DNA of 55,019 nucleotides from Bacteroidota bacterium. GTDB taxonomy: Bacteria; Bacteroidota; Rhodothermia; Rhodothermales; Rubricoccaceae. Shown here piece after piece: positions 16,229 through 27,836 of this stretch; the stretch's first letter is position 1, and every line of letters starts with the position of its first letter. Under the pieces are notes generated by a model. It had not been told where the DNA came from and ran no database searches. It worked only from the letters and a program-made list of their open reading frames with translations. The DNA is taken from the NCBI GenBank assembly GCA_039177895.1, contig JBCDFO010000001.1, positions 1-55,019 on the forward strand, read 5' to 3'. The translations under genes and the position numbers were made by a program.

Positions 16229-18670
16229 ATGTTCAAGAACTACGTCCTCGTCGCCTTCCGGACGCTGCGCAAGCAGCCCGGCTACTCGTTCATCAACGTC
16301 GGCGGCCTCGCGCTCGGGCTCGCGGCGGCGCTGCTGATCGGGCTCTACGTGCAGGACGAGCTCAGCTACGAGCAGCACTTCCCCGACGCCGACCGCATCT
16401 ACCAGGTCGGCCTCGACGCGCGGATGGGCGCGCAGGACATGGAGATCGGCACCTCGGCGATTCCGATGGGGCCGACGCTCGTCGCCGACGTGCCCGAGGT
16501 CGAGACCGCCACGCGCGTGCTCGGGCCGCGGCGGCAGCTCATGGAGCATCCGGGTGGAAACGGCCCGCTCTTCGAGGACGCGCTCATCTGGGCTGACTCG
16601 ACCTTCTTCGAGGTCTTCCCGCACCCAGCGCTCGCCGGCGACCCGACGGCGGCCCTGGCCCAGCCCGGTAGCCTCGTCCTGACACGTTCCGCCGCCGCCC
16701 GGCACTTCGACACGCGCAACGGCTTCGCCGACCTCGTTGGGCAGACGCTGCGGCTCGACCGGCAGACCGACTACACGGTGGGCGCGGTCGTCGAGGACTT
16801 CCCGTCGAGCAGCATCCTCCAGGCGGAGGTGATCCTGTCGCTCGTCACCGTCATCGACGACATGCAGCCGATCTGGCTGTCGCACTTCATGTACACCTAC
16901 ATCCGGATCCGCGAGGACGCCGAGGTCGCCAGCGTCCAGGCCGCCTTCCCGCGCATCATCGAGCAGTACGTCGCGCCCGAGGTCGAGCTGTACCTGGGCA
17001 CCACCCTCGACGAGGCGGACGCCGCAGGCACCGAGTGGGGCTACTTCCTCCAGCCGCTTCCCGACCTCTATCTCCAGCCGCGCGGCACCGGCCAGGTCGG
17101 CCCCACCGGCGACGTGCGCTATGTGTACGCGCTCTCCGCCGTCGCGCTCTTCATCCTCCTGCTCGCTGGGATCAACTTCACCAACCTCTCGACGGCGCGC
17201 TCGGCGAACCGAGCCCGCGAGGTCGGGCTGCGCAAGGTGCTCGGCTCCGACCGGCGGCGGCTCATCGGGCAGTTCCTCGGCGAGTCCGTCCTGCTGGCGC
17301 TCGCGGCGGCGGGTGTGGCCGCGCTCCTCGTCGTGCTGGCGCTGCCGCTCTTCGAGACCCTCTCGGGCAAGATGCTGGCCTTCACGACTGGCAGTGCTGC
17401 TGGGCTGGGGGGGGCGCTCCTGGCCATCGCGCTCGTGTGCGGCGTGCTCGCGGGGCTCTACCCGGCCTTCGTGCTCTCGTCGTTCGAGCCGGTGACGGTC
17501 ATGAAGGGCCAGATCGGCCGGGGCGCGAAGAGCGGGCGGTTACGCAGCGTGCTCGTGGTGGCGCAGTTCGCGGTGTCGGTGACGCTGCTGATCGGGACCG
17601 CGGTGGTCTACCAGCAGCTCCAGCACATGCAGTCCTCCCGGCTTGGCTTCGAGGGCGACCAGGTCGTCACCGTGCCGGTGATCTCCGACGCGGCGCGCGG
17701 CGACATCGACACGTTTCTCCAGACGCTTGTCGGCCACCCCGGCATCGAGGAGGCCGCCGGCGCGGACTTCCTGCCGGGGCGCACGGCCAACACGACCTCG
17801 TTCCGCCCGGTCGATGCGCCGCCGGAGGATGTCTACGTCCTGGCTGCAGGCCGCGTCAGCCACGACTACCTCGAAACGCTCGGCGTGCCGCTCGTGGCGG
17901 GACGGACGTTCGACCCGGCGCAGTCGACCGACTCCACGGGGGCCATGCTGCTCAACGAGGCCGCCGTGCGCGAATTCGGGTGGACCGTCGAGGAAGCCAT
18001 CGGACGCCAGGTGGGGCAGATCGAGCTCGATGGGATGATCATCCGGACGGTCGTGGGCGTGATGGAAGATTTCCACTTCGAGTCGCTGCACCGCCAGATC
18101 CGTCCGCTCACGCTCTCGATGGATCCCTACGCCGCCCGCCACGTCGCCGTGCACGTCCGCGCGGACGACCTTCCGGCCACGTTAGCCCACCTCCAAACGT
18201 CCTGGACGGCTTTCGAGCCCGGCTACCCCTACGACTCGATCTTCCTCGACGAGGACTTCCAGCGATTCTACGCGCAGGAGCGGCAGCTCGGGCAGGTGTT
18301 CTTCGCCTTCACGCTGCTGGCCGTCTTCGTGGCGTGCCTGGGGCTCTTCGGGCTGGCGAGCTTCCTCGCGCAGCAGCGGACGAAGGAGATCGGCGTGCGC
18401 AAGGTGCTCGGGGCGTCCGTGCCGAGCCTGGTGCGGCTGCTTGCGGGCGAGTTCACGCGCCTCGTCGTGATCGCGGCGGTGCTGGCGATGCCGGTCGCCT
18501 ACCTGCTGATGCGGCAGTGGCTCCAGAGCTTCGCCTACGCCACGCCGATGCCGTGGTGGGCCTTCGTCGGCGCGGGCCTCGCTGCCCTCCTCGTGGCCGC
18601 GCTCACGGTGAGCTACCAGTCGATCCGCACCGCCACAACCGACCCCGTGAAGGCGCTGCGCTACGAGTAG
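16229..18670 (+). CDS. FtsX/MacB-type ABC transporter permease, paralog 3
   Basis: 813 aa with the same architecture. C-terminal TDPVKALRYE. Confidence 0.87.
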   Translation: MFKNYVLVAFRTLRKQPGYSFINVGGLALGLAAALLIGLYVQDELSYEQHFPDADRIYQVGLDARMGAQDMEIGTSAIPMGPTLVADVPEVETATRVLGPRRQLMEHPGGNGPLFEDALIWADSTFFEVFPHPALAGDPTAALAQPGSLVLTRSAAARHFDTRNGFADLVGQTLRLDRQTDYTVGAVVEDFPSSSILQAEVILSLVTVIDDMQPIWLSHFMYTYIRIREDAEVASVQAAFPRIIEQYVAPEVELYLGTTLDEADAAGTEWGYFLQPLPDLYLQPRGTGQVGPTGDVRYVYALSAVALFILLLAGINFTNLSTARSANRAREVGLRKVLGSDRRRLIGQFLGESVLLALAAAGVAALLVVLALPLFETLSGKMLAFTTGSAAGLGGALLAIALVCGVLAGLYPAFVLSSFEPVTVMKGQIGRGAKSGRLRSVLVVAQFAVSVTLLIGTAVVYQQLQHMQSSRLGFEGDQVVTVPVISDAARGDIDTFLQTLVGHPGIEEAAGADFLPGRTANTTSFRPVDAPPEDVYVLAAGRVSHDYLETLGVPLVAGRTFDPAQSTDSTGAMLLNEAAVREFGWTVEEAIGRQVGQIELDGMIIRTVVGVMEDFHFESLHRQIRPLTLSMDPYAARHVAVHVRADDLPATLAHLQTSWTAFEPGYPYDSIFLDEDFQRFYAQERQLGQVFFAFTLLAVFVACLGLFGLASFLAQQRTKEIGVRKVLGASVPSLVRLLAGEFTRLVVIAAVLAMPVAYLLMRQWLQSFAYATPMPWWAFVGAGLAALLVAALTVSYQSIRTATTDPVKALRYE

Positions 18671-18678
18671 CCGCTTTG

Positions 18679-18758
18679 CGGTGTCACAGGTCTCAGGTCC
18701 GAGGTCGCAGGTCTGAGTCTGATTTGACCTACGACCTGCGACTACGGACCTACGACCC
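18679..18758 (+). repeat. paired heptamer arrays filling the spacer between permeases 3 and 4 (potential long hairpin)
   Basis: First array: cggtgtc acaggtc tcaggtc cgaggtc gcaggtc. Second array: gacctac gacctgc gactacg gacctac gaccc, then ATG at 18759. 18696..18713 can pair with 18733..18750 (6+10 bp with a 2-nt bulge). Confidence 0.8.
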
Positions 18759-21122
18759 ATGACCAACACCCACCTCCGCGTCGCCGTTCGGACGCTCGCG
18801 AAGTACCCCGCCTACTCGCTGCTCACCGTGGGCGGCCTCGCGCTGGGCATCGCGGCGGCCTTCGTGCTCGGGCTGTATGTCCGGCAGGAGCTCTCGCACG
18901 ACCGCCACATCCCGGAGGGCGACCGGACGTACCGCGTCGTGACCGATTTCTTCGAGATGGGTGGCTTTGCGGTCAGCCAGACGCATCTAGCCGACGTCCT
19001 CATGGAGACGGTGCCTACTGTGGAGCAGGCCACGCGCGTCCAGGGGTCGGGCAGCGTCACCGTCGTGCACGTGGGGGCGCAGCGCTACGAGCAGGCCGAT
19101 GTGCTCCTCGCCGACAGCGCCTTCTTCGACGTGTTCGGCTATGCGTTCCTCCACGGCAGCCCCGACGACGTGCTGCGCGCCCCCGACGAAGTGGTGCTCC
19201 GCGAGGACCTTGCCCAGACGTACTTCGGCGAGACCGACCCGCTCGGCCAGACGCTCCTGATCGGCGCCGACCGGACGCCCCACCGCGTCACGGGCGTCGT
19301 GGCCGCGCCGCCGGGCCCGTCCCACCTGGACGCGGTGCTGTGGCTCCCGCTCGACCAGGCGGAGCCCAGCACCAACTGGACGAGCGCCGGGGCCTACACC
19401 TACGTCCGCCTCCGCCCCGACGCCGCACAGGCCGACCTCGACGCCGCGCTTGACGAGATCGAGCGGACGCACGCGTATCCGGCGAGCGGGTTCTCAGGCA
19501 CCCACGAGGAGTGGGCCGCGTCGATGATGGCGGTTCGCCTGTGGGCGCAGCCGCTCCGCGACATCCACCTGCACTCCGACCTCAACTTCGAGGCGCAGCC
19601 CGGCGGCGACCCGGCGCTCGTCTACGCGCTCGCGCTCATCGGGCTGTTCGTGCTCGTGGTGGCCGGCGTGAACTACGTCACGCTCTCGACCGCCCGGGCG
19701 TCGGTGCGGGCGCGCGAGGTCGGCGTCAAGAAGACGGTGGGGGCGAGCCGTGGCACGCTCGTGCGGCAGTTTCTCACCGAGGCTATCGTGCTCGGCATCG
19801 TGGCGGCAGCCCTTGCTGCGCTGCTCGCCGAGGCCATGCTCGGGGCGTTCACCTACACGACGGGCGCGGTGCTCGTGGACGGCCTCTTCGCCGAGCCCCG
19901 CTACCTCCTCGCGCTCCTCGGCGTCTCTGTGGGCGTCGGCCTGCTTGCCGGGCTGTATCCGGCGGTGTACCTGTCGAGCTTCCGCCCGGCACGCATCCTC
20001 AAGGGGACGTGGACGGTGGCGAGCAACCAGTGGCTACGCGGCACGCTCGTGGCCGGGCAGTTCGCCGTGGCGGTGGCCTTGACGGCGAGCGCGTTTGTGG
20101 TGCACCAGCAGCTGTCGTTCATGCGCACCGCGGACAAAGGCTTTACCCCCGAGGGCGTGGTCGTGGTGAAGACGAGCGCCCTTGGCACGCAGGCCGAGGC
20201 GTTTCGACAGGCCGTCGCCGCGCTCCCGGCGGTGCAGCAGACGGCGTTCGCCGACCGCGTCCCGACGGGCTCCAGCATCGCTCGGATGCTCTTCCAGACG
20301 CCCGCGATGGAGGAAGGCCTCACGCTCCAGCGGTTCGCGCTCGACGAGGACGCCATCGCGACGCTCGGCCTGCGCGTCCGCGAGGGCGTGACGTTCACCG
20401 GCATGGCCTCCGATTCGTCAGCGGTGTTGCTCAACCAGGCCGCCGTGCGCGTGCTCGGGCTGGGTGACGACCCGCTCGGCCAGGACGTGGGCGGCGGGCG
20501 GCGCGTGATCGGCGTCGTGGACGACTTCCACTTCCAGTCGCTGCGCGACCAGATCGAGCCGGTGGCGCTGACCTATGCCGAGGGCGGCTCCGACCTCGTC
20601 GTACGGCTGAGCGCCGCAGGCGGGGCCGACGTGCTCGACCAACTCCAGCCGCTCTGGACGCGCTTCTCGCCCGACGAGCCGCTACGCTATGCCTTCCTCG
20701 ACGACAACTTCGCTGCGTTCGCCGCGCACGAGCGGATGCTCAGCCGGGCGGTGACGTTCTTCACGCTGCTCGCGCTCGGCATCGCGCTGCTCGGGCTCTT
20801 CGGGCTCGTCGTGTTCACGGTGCAGCGGCGGACGAAGGAAATCGGCGTGCGCAAGGTGCTCGGCGCGAGCGTGGCCGACATCGTGCGGCTGCTCACGGGC
20901 GAGTTCGGGCGGCTGGTGCTCCTCGGCAGCCTCGTGGCCGTGCCGCTGGCGTGGTTCGGTATGCGCCGCTGGCTCGACGGCTTCGCCTACCGCATCGACC
21001 TTGGGCCGGGGCTCTTCCTCGCGGCGGGTCTCAGCGTGCTCCTGCTCGCACTCGCCGTCGTAGGCACGCAGGCGATGCGCGCGGCGGCCGCCGACCCGGT
21101 GCGGACGCTGCGCTACGAGTAG
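18759..21122 (+). CDS. FtsX/MacB-type ABC transporter permease, paralog 4
   Basis: 787 aa with the same architecture. C-terminal ADPVRTLRYE. Confidence 0.87.
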   Translation: MTNTHLRVAVRTLAKYPAYSLLTVGGLALGIAAAFVLGLYVRQELSHDRHIPEGDRTYRVVTDFFEMGGFAVSQTHLADVLMETVPTVEQATRVQGSGSVTVVHVGAQRYEQADVLLADSAFFDVFGYAFLHGSPDDVLRAPDEVVLREDLAQTYFGETDPLGQTLLIGADRTPHRVTGVVAAPPGPSHLDAVLWLPLDQAEPSTNWTSAGAYTYVRLRPDAAQADLDAALDEIERTHAYPASGFSGTHEEWAASMMAVRLWAQPLRDIHLHSDLNFEAQPGGDPALVYALALIGLFVLVVAGVNYVTLSTARASVRAREVGVKKTVGASRGTLVRQFLTEAIVLGIVAAALAALLAEAMLGAFTYTTGAVLVDGLFAEPRYLLALLGVSVGVGLLAGLYPAVYLSSFRPARILKGTWTVASNQWLRGTLVAGQFAVAVALTASAFVVHQQLSFMRTADKGFTPEGVVVVKTSALGTQAEAFRQAVAALPAVQQTAFADRVPTGSSIARMLFQTPAMEEGLTLQRFALDEDAIATLGLRVREGVTFTGMASDSSAVLLNQAAVRVLGLGDDPLGQDVGGGRRVIGVVDDFHFQSLRDQIEPVALTYAEGGSDLVVRLSAAGGADVLDQLQPLWTRFSPDEPLRYAFLDDNFAAFAAHERMLSRAVTFFTLLALGIALLGLFGLVVFTVQRRTKEIGVRKVLGASVADIVRLLTGEFGRLVLLGSLVAVPLAWFGMRRWLDGFAYRIDLGPGLFLAAGLSVLLLALAVVGTQAMRAAAADPVRTLRYE

Positions 21123-21131
21123 GCCGCTGCG

Positions 21132-21180
21132 CGGTGTCGCAGGTCGAGGGTCACAGGTCGAGGGTCACAGGTCGAGGGTC
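21132..21180 (+). repeat. heptamer array x7 (including a 14-bp unit x3) at a convergent gene junction
   Basis: cggtgtc gcaggtc gagggtc acaggtc gagggtc acaggtc gagggtc. The last unit overlaps the TGA (21179..21181, minus strand) of the MmeI-like gene. Confidence 0.85.
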
Positions 21181-23968
21181 AGCGGCGGCGCTTCTTGGTG
21201 CGCTTCGGTTGCTCGGCGAAGAGGGCGTTGGTCAGGGCCTCGTAGCGCTCGAAGAGGAACGCGACGCGGTTGGCCTCCGACGTAAACGGCTGCGGGCGGT
21301 AGGCGCGGTCCACCGCCCGGTCGAGGGTGTTGTGGGCCTTCGTGAGCGCAGGCGGCATCGCGAGCGGATCGTAGAGGTCGGCCAGCGTGGCCCCCGCGTC
21401 GAGGTGCGGCGCACGGGCATCGAGCACGGCCTCGGCGGCAGCTTCGACCTGCGTGCGCTGCTTCGCGGTCGCCTCCGGCCAGGGGAAGTTGTTGTAGACG
21501 ATACGTGCAGAGTATTGGTAGTCGCTTTTCATGCGACCGGCGACATACCGCATCCATGCCATGTGCATAGTCGAGGAGAGCACCCCGACGTGATAGCCGT
21601 CGGCGTCCGGGATGATGAGGGCGGAGCCGCTGGCGATGTTCTCTGCTTCGAAATAGCCAACCGGCATGTAGTCCCGGTTCTCCGAAGACACCTTGGGTAC
21701 CAGGAGAAAGCGCGTGTCGGGCTGGCGGATCTCACCGAAGAGCGTCGGCGTCGCCGCCAGCTTATTCGTCGCCGCGCGCCCGCTCGACAAGCGGTAGACC
21801 CGGTTCGCTTCGACGCGCTCAAGGATGGGCGGGAGCGCGCGGAGCACGGCAGGCGGAATGTCTACAAGCCAGAGACAGTAGCGCGCGTCGCTATTCAGGA
21901 ACTCATTGCCTCCGAAGTAGGGACGAATGAAGGGAGCTGCCTCGGGATGCTTCTGCAGAATCTCGTCCGCTTCCTCAGGCGAGAGAATCAGGTTGCCGCT
22001 GTCAATCGGCATGCTCCCGTACGACATCGGGGGTGCATCCGCACTGACCGGCTTCGACCGTTTGAGCACAACCACATTGGGTGCGTCAACGAGGTACGGA
22101 TTGATGTTCGCCACCTTGACTTCGTGGGGCTCATCGCGAACATCGTTGTACTCAAAGAGCCGCCGTCGTCCCGGTGCCTCGACGAGCGCGAAGCCGACGA
22201 TGACACAGTGGACCGCCGCCTTACCGGGGGCCTCGTTCGACCACTGGAACGTCCGGTGCGCGAAGTGGATCGACGCGCCATACGTGGTGAAGAGTTCGTT
22301 CCAGAGGATGCCCACCTGCTCGCCCTGACTGATCGAGTTGGTAGAGACAAAGGCTGTTGCCGTCTCTGGGTGTGCCTGCATGTACTGCGCTGAACGGATG
22401 TACCACCCTGTCACGAAGTCGAGCACGCCTGCACCCCTGACGCCGTGCATGACGGCTCTGAGGTCCTGCTTCTGCGCCGTCGTCTGCTCCTTCTTCCCAA
22501 CGAACGGTGGGTTGCCGAGGATGTAGTCGAACGTGGGGGGCTGGTCGTCGCCGAAGCAGGCGGCCCAGTCGAACGTGAGCGCGTTGCCGTGGCGGATGTG
22601 CGCGGCGCGGCGGAGCGGGAGGCGCGTGAAGTACTCCCCCAGGGCGGTGGAGACCTCGGTGTTCATCTGGTGGTCCATGAGCCAGAGCGCCACCTGCGCG
22701 ATCTGCGCGGGGAACTCCTCGATCTCGATGCCGAAGCACTGGTCCACGTTCACGCGCAGCACGTCGGCGATGTTGGTGACGCGCTGGCCGCGTTCGAGGT
22801 CGCGGCGGTAGAGTTCGCGGATCACCTCGATCTCCAGGCGGCGCAGCTCGCGGTAGGCGATCACGAGGAAGTTGCCGCAGCCGCAGGCCGGGTCGAGCAG
22901 GCGGAGGTCCGCCAGGCGGCGGTGGAAGCGGTCGAGCTCGGGGCGGCTGTTGCGCGCCCTCGCGCGCTCGAAGTCGGCGCGGAGGCCGTCCATGAAGAGC
23001 GGGCCGATCAGTTTCAGGATGTTTTGCTCGGAGGTGTAGTGCGCGCCGAGTTCGCGGCGGGCCTCGGCGTCCATCGCGCTCTGGAACATCGCGCCGAAGA
23101 TGGCGGGCGAGATGGCCCCCCAGTCGAGCGCGCAGGCGTCGAGGAGTTGGGTGCGGAGGTCGGCGTTGAAGTGTGCCGTGCGTAAGCGCTCGGCGAAGAG
23201 CGCACCGTTGACGTAGGGGAAGGCCGCAAGCTGTTCGTCGAGGGTGCGCTGGCGGTCCTCCGGCGGGGTGTTGAGCACCTCGAAGAGAACGGTGAGCTTG
23301 CCGCCGAGGTCGCTGCCGTCCTCGGCGGTGCGCGTCAGGAGGTAGTCCTCGAAGAGACCACGTGGGGTGAAGATGCCTGTGTCGTCGGCGAAGAGGCAGA
23401 AGAGGAGGCGCACGAGGACGACTTCGAGGTCGTGGCCGGTGTAGCCCGCGTCCTTGAGGCGGTCGTGGAGGTCGCCCATCTTGGCGGCCGCGCGGACGTT
23501 GACGGGGTCCTGCTCGTCGTAGCTGCGCTTCTCGTAGCCCGCGATGAAGCCGAAGCGCTCGATGTGGTCGAGGAGGTCCAGCAGAGCAAACTCGACCGCG
23601 TCGCCGGTGTCGAGGTCGTTCAGGCGGAGACGCTCGAAGTCGGAGACGACCACGTAACGTGGCAGTGCGGCGTCGTCCAGGCCGGGGAAGTAGTCGAGGG
23701 CCTGCCCGTAGGCGGCGTCGAGGTCGCGCCCGCGCGACTTGTGCTCGGCGATGAGGACGCCCGGCCAGAAGAGGTCGATGAAGCCCTGCCGGCCGCTCGC
23801 CTTCTTGACGGCCTCCTCAAACGAGGCCACCTTGCGCCGCGACACGCCGAAGACGTTGAAGAAGGCGTCCCAGAAGGTCTTGGCCTCGGCGTGCTCGCGT
23901 GTCTCGTCGCGGTACTCGTGGACGAAGGCGGCGGCTCGGGTCTTGATCTCGTTCCAGGAGAGCGGCAT
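21179..23968 (-). CDS. MmeI-family type IIL/IIG restriction-modification enzyme (fused endonuclease and N6-adenine methyltransferase)
   Basis: Start taken at MPLSWNEIK (23968). N-terminal PD-(D/E)xK-like FIDLFWPGVLIAEHKS, SAM motif LDPACGCGNFLV, catalytic NPPFVG, and ~929 aa, similar to MmeI. Confidence 0.75.
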   Translation of the reverse strand: MPLSWNEIKTRAAAFVHEYRDETREHAEAKTFWDAFFNVFGVSRRKVASFEEAVKKASGRQGFIDLFWPGVLIAEHKSRGRDLDAAYGQALDYFPGLDDAALPRYVVVSDFERLRLNDLDTGDAVEFALLDLLDHIERFGFIAGYEKRSYDEQDPVNVRAAAKMGDLHDRLKDAGYTGHDLEVVLVRLLFCLFADDTGIFTPRGLFEDYLLTRTAEDGSDLGGKLTVLFEVLNTPPEDRQRTLDEQLAAFPYVNGALFAERLRTAHFNADLRTQLLDACALDWGAISPAIFGAMFQSAMDAEARRELGAHYTSEQNILKLIGPLFMDGLRADFERARARNSRPELDRFHRRLADLRLLDPACGCGNFLVIAYRELRRLEIEVIRELYRRDLERGQRVTNIADVLRVNVDQCFGIEIEEFPAQIAQVALWLMDHQMNTEVSTALGEYFTRLPLRRAAHIRHGNALTFDWAACFGDDQPPTFDYILGNPPFVGKKEQTTAQKQDLRAVMHGVRGAGVLDFVTGWYIRSAQYMQAHPETATAFVSTNSISQGEQVGILWNELFTTYGASIHFAHRTFQWSNEAPGKAAVHCVIVGFALVEAPGRRRLFEYNDVRDEPHEVKVANINPYLVDAPNVVVLKRSKPVSADAPPMSYGSMPIDSGNLILSPEEADEILQKHPEAAPFIRPYFGGNEFLNSDARYCLWLVDIPPAVLRALPPILERVEANRVYRLSSGRAATNKLAATPTLFGEIRQPDTRFLLVPKVSSENRDYMPVGYFEAENIASGSALIIPDADGYHVGVLSSTMHMAWMRYVAGRMKSDYQYSARIVYNNFPWPEATAKQRTQVEAAAEAVLDARAPHLDAGATLADLYDPLAMPPALTKAHNTLDRAVDRAYRPQPFTSEANRVAFLFERYEALTNALFAEQPKRTKKRRR

Positions 23969-24078
23969 CGGGGAGCGGTGCGGGCGAGAGCGGGGGACGT
24001 ATGGGTGCAAAGCTAACGCACCGGCGCGCGTCACTTCGCCCGTGGCTATCATCTCGGAGGCCCACCTGCATCCCTGCC

Positions 24079-24795
24079 ATGCGTCTCCTCCTCTGTCTCT
24101 GCGTTGCTATGCCGCTTGCCACCTGCGCCCAGTCGCCGGAGTTGCCGTCCTCATCCCAGGCTGCCACCTTCGAGGCGGCGCTGCCCGTCGCGCTCCCCTA
24201 CGCGCTCGTGCTGCCCGAGGGCTACGAGGCCAACGAGGATACCCGGTGGCCGCTCGTGCTCTTCCTCCACGGCTCCGGCGAGCGAGGAGACGATCTCGCC
24301 CGCGTGGCGATCCACGGCCCGCTGAAGGAGGTCCGCCAAGGCCGCGCGTTCCCGTTCGTGCTCGTCGCGCCGCAGCTGCCTGCCGCCCGCCCGCGCTGGG
24401 AGGCCCGCGAGCTCGGCGCGCTGATCGACCACATCGAAGCGACGCACCGCATCGACCCGGCGCGGGTCTACGTGACGGGCCTCTCGATGGGCGGCTACGC
24501 GACGTGGGACCTCGTGATGCACTTCCCGGACCGCTTCGCCGCGGCGGCCCCCGTCTGCGGCGGCGGCCTCCCCTTCCGCGCCCCGGCGTTTGCCGAGACG
24601 CCCATCTGGGCCTTCCATGGGGCCCTCGACGGCATCGTGCCGCTGGAGCGCTCCGCCGAGATGGCCCGCGCCATCAACGCGACCGGCGGCGAGGTGAAGC
24701 TGACCGTCTACCCCGAAGCTGCGCACGACGCGTGGACGGCGACGTACGCCGACCCGGCGCTCTACGCGTGGCTGCTCAGCCACACGCGTGACTGA
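24079..24795 (+). CDS. secreted alpha/beta hydrolase (carboxylesterase / predicted peptidase, COG4099-like)
   Basis: ATG at 24079 followed by a signal peptide. WPLVLFLHGSGERGDD, nucleophile elbow GLSMGG, and a late EAAHDAW His. Confidence 0.75.
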   Translation: MRLLLCLCVAMPLATCAQSPELPSSSQAATFEAALPVALPYALVLPEGYEANEDTRWPLVLFLHGSGERGDDLARVAIHGPLKEVRQGRAFPFVLVAPQLPAARPRWEARELGALIDHIEATHRIDPARVYVTGLSMGGYATWDLVMHFPDRFAAAAPVCGGGLPFRAPAFAETPIWAFHGALDGIVPLERSAEMARAINATGGEVKLTVYPEAAHDAWTATYADPALYAWLLSHTRD

Positions 24796-24948
24796 GTGGC
24801 GCGTGACTGAGCGGCTCAGGGCGAGGCGCGACGGGGACGAATGGGCGAGCGTGCATAGAGGACGGCGCGGATCCATCCTCTGGATGGGGACAAAGACCCG
24901 GAGGCCGCTGTCCAGGGCGATAGCGTACCCCCAGCGCATACACGGGGC

Positions 24949-27505
<2,557 letters not shown>

Positions 27506-27645
27506 CAGCGTCGGGCACGGGAAGGTCGGCGTCGGCTCGTTGCGCCCTCTCTCGAATCGCTTGACATCCACGTCGGGCACGGCGCGCGGCCGGGATAGCA
27601 GAACCGGGCCAGGGGTGTATCTCGCGTGATATCACCAAAACAGAA

Positions 27646-27674
27646 CCCCTCGTAAGCACATGGCTTGCGAGGGG
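27646..27674 (-). terminator. hairpin terminator following the displaced tRNA-Val 3-prime remnant
   Basis: 12-bp stem cccctcgtaagc / gcttgcgagggg. On the minus strand it is followed by ttctgtttt. Confidence 0.55.
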
Positions 27675-27681
27675 ATCCAAG

Positions 27682-27700
27682 GTGGGCTCTACTGGATTCG
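27682..27700. repeat. left copy of the 19-bp att core (duplicate of the tRNA-Val 3-prime end)
   Basis: gtgggctctactggattcg is identical to 50442..50460. Confidence 0.9.
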
Positions 27701-27782
27701 GGTTCTGCTGTTCGGCTGCGTTCCGTTGCAGCCATAGTGCCCTTTTTGGGCCATATTGCCTGTTTTCGGTTCTTGGCTGCAT

Positions 27783-27831
27783 GGTACAACTGCACCCTAC
27801 CCCGTAATTTGTTGTACCTATGTTGTACCCA
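27783..27831. promoter_or_regulatory. candidate integrase arm-type sites (GTTGTACC motif)
   Basis: ggtacaac (27783..27790, inverted), then gttgtacc tat gttgtacc (27811..27829). The 24-bp tttgttgtacctatgttgtaccca (27808..27831) is repeated exactly at 50373..50396. Confidence 0.55.
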
Positions 27832-27836
27832 TACCC

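Noticed and set aside
20951-22393. 480-aa ORF on the plus strand
   Set aside because: It overlaps the end of permease 4 out of frame and then runs antisense to the MmeI-like gene. No motif.
21179-23968. Interpretation of the large methyltransferase as BREX PglX
   Set aside because: It is MmeI-sized (~930 aa) with an N-terminal nuclease-type motif. No pglZ, brxC, brxL or other BREX genes are adjacent.
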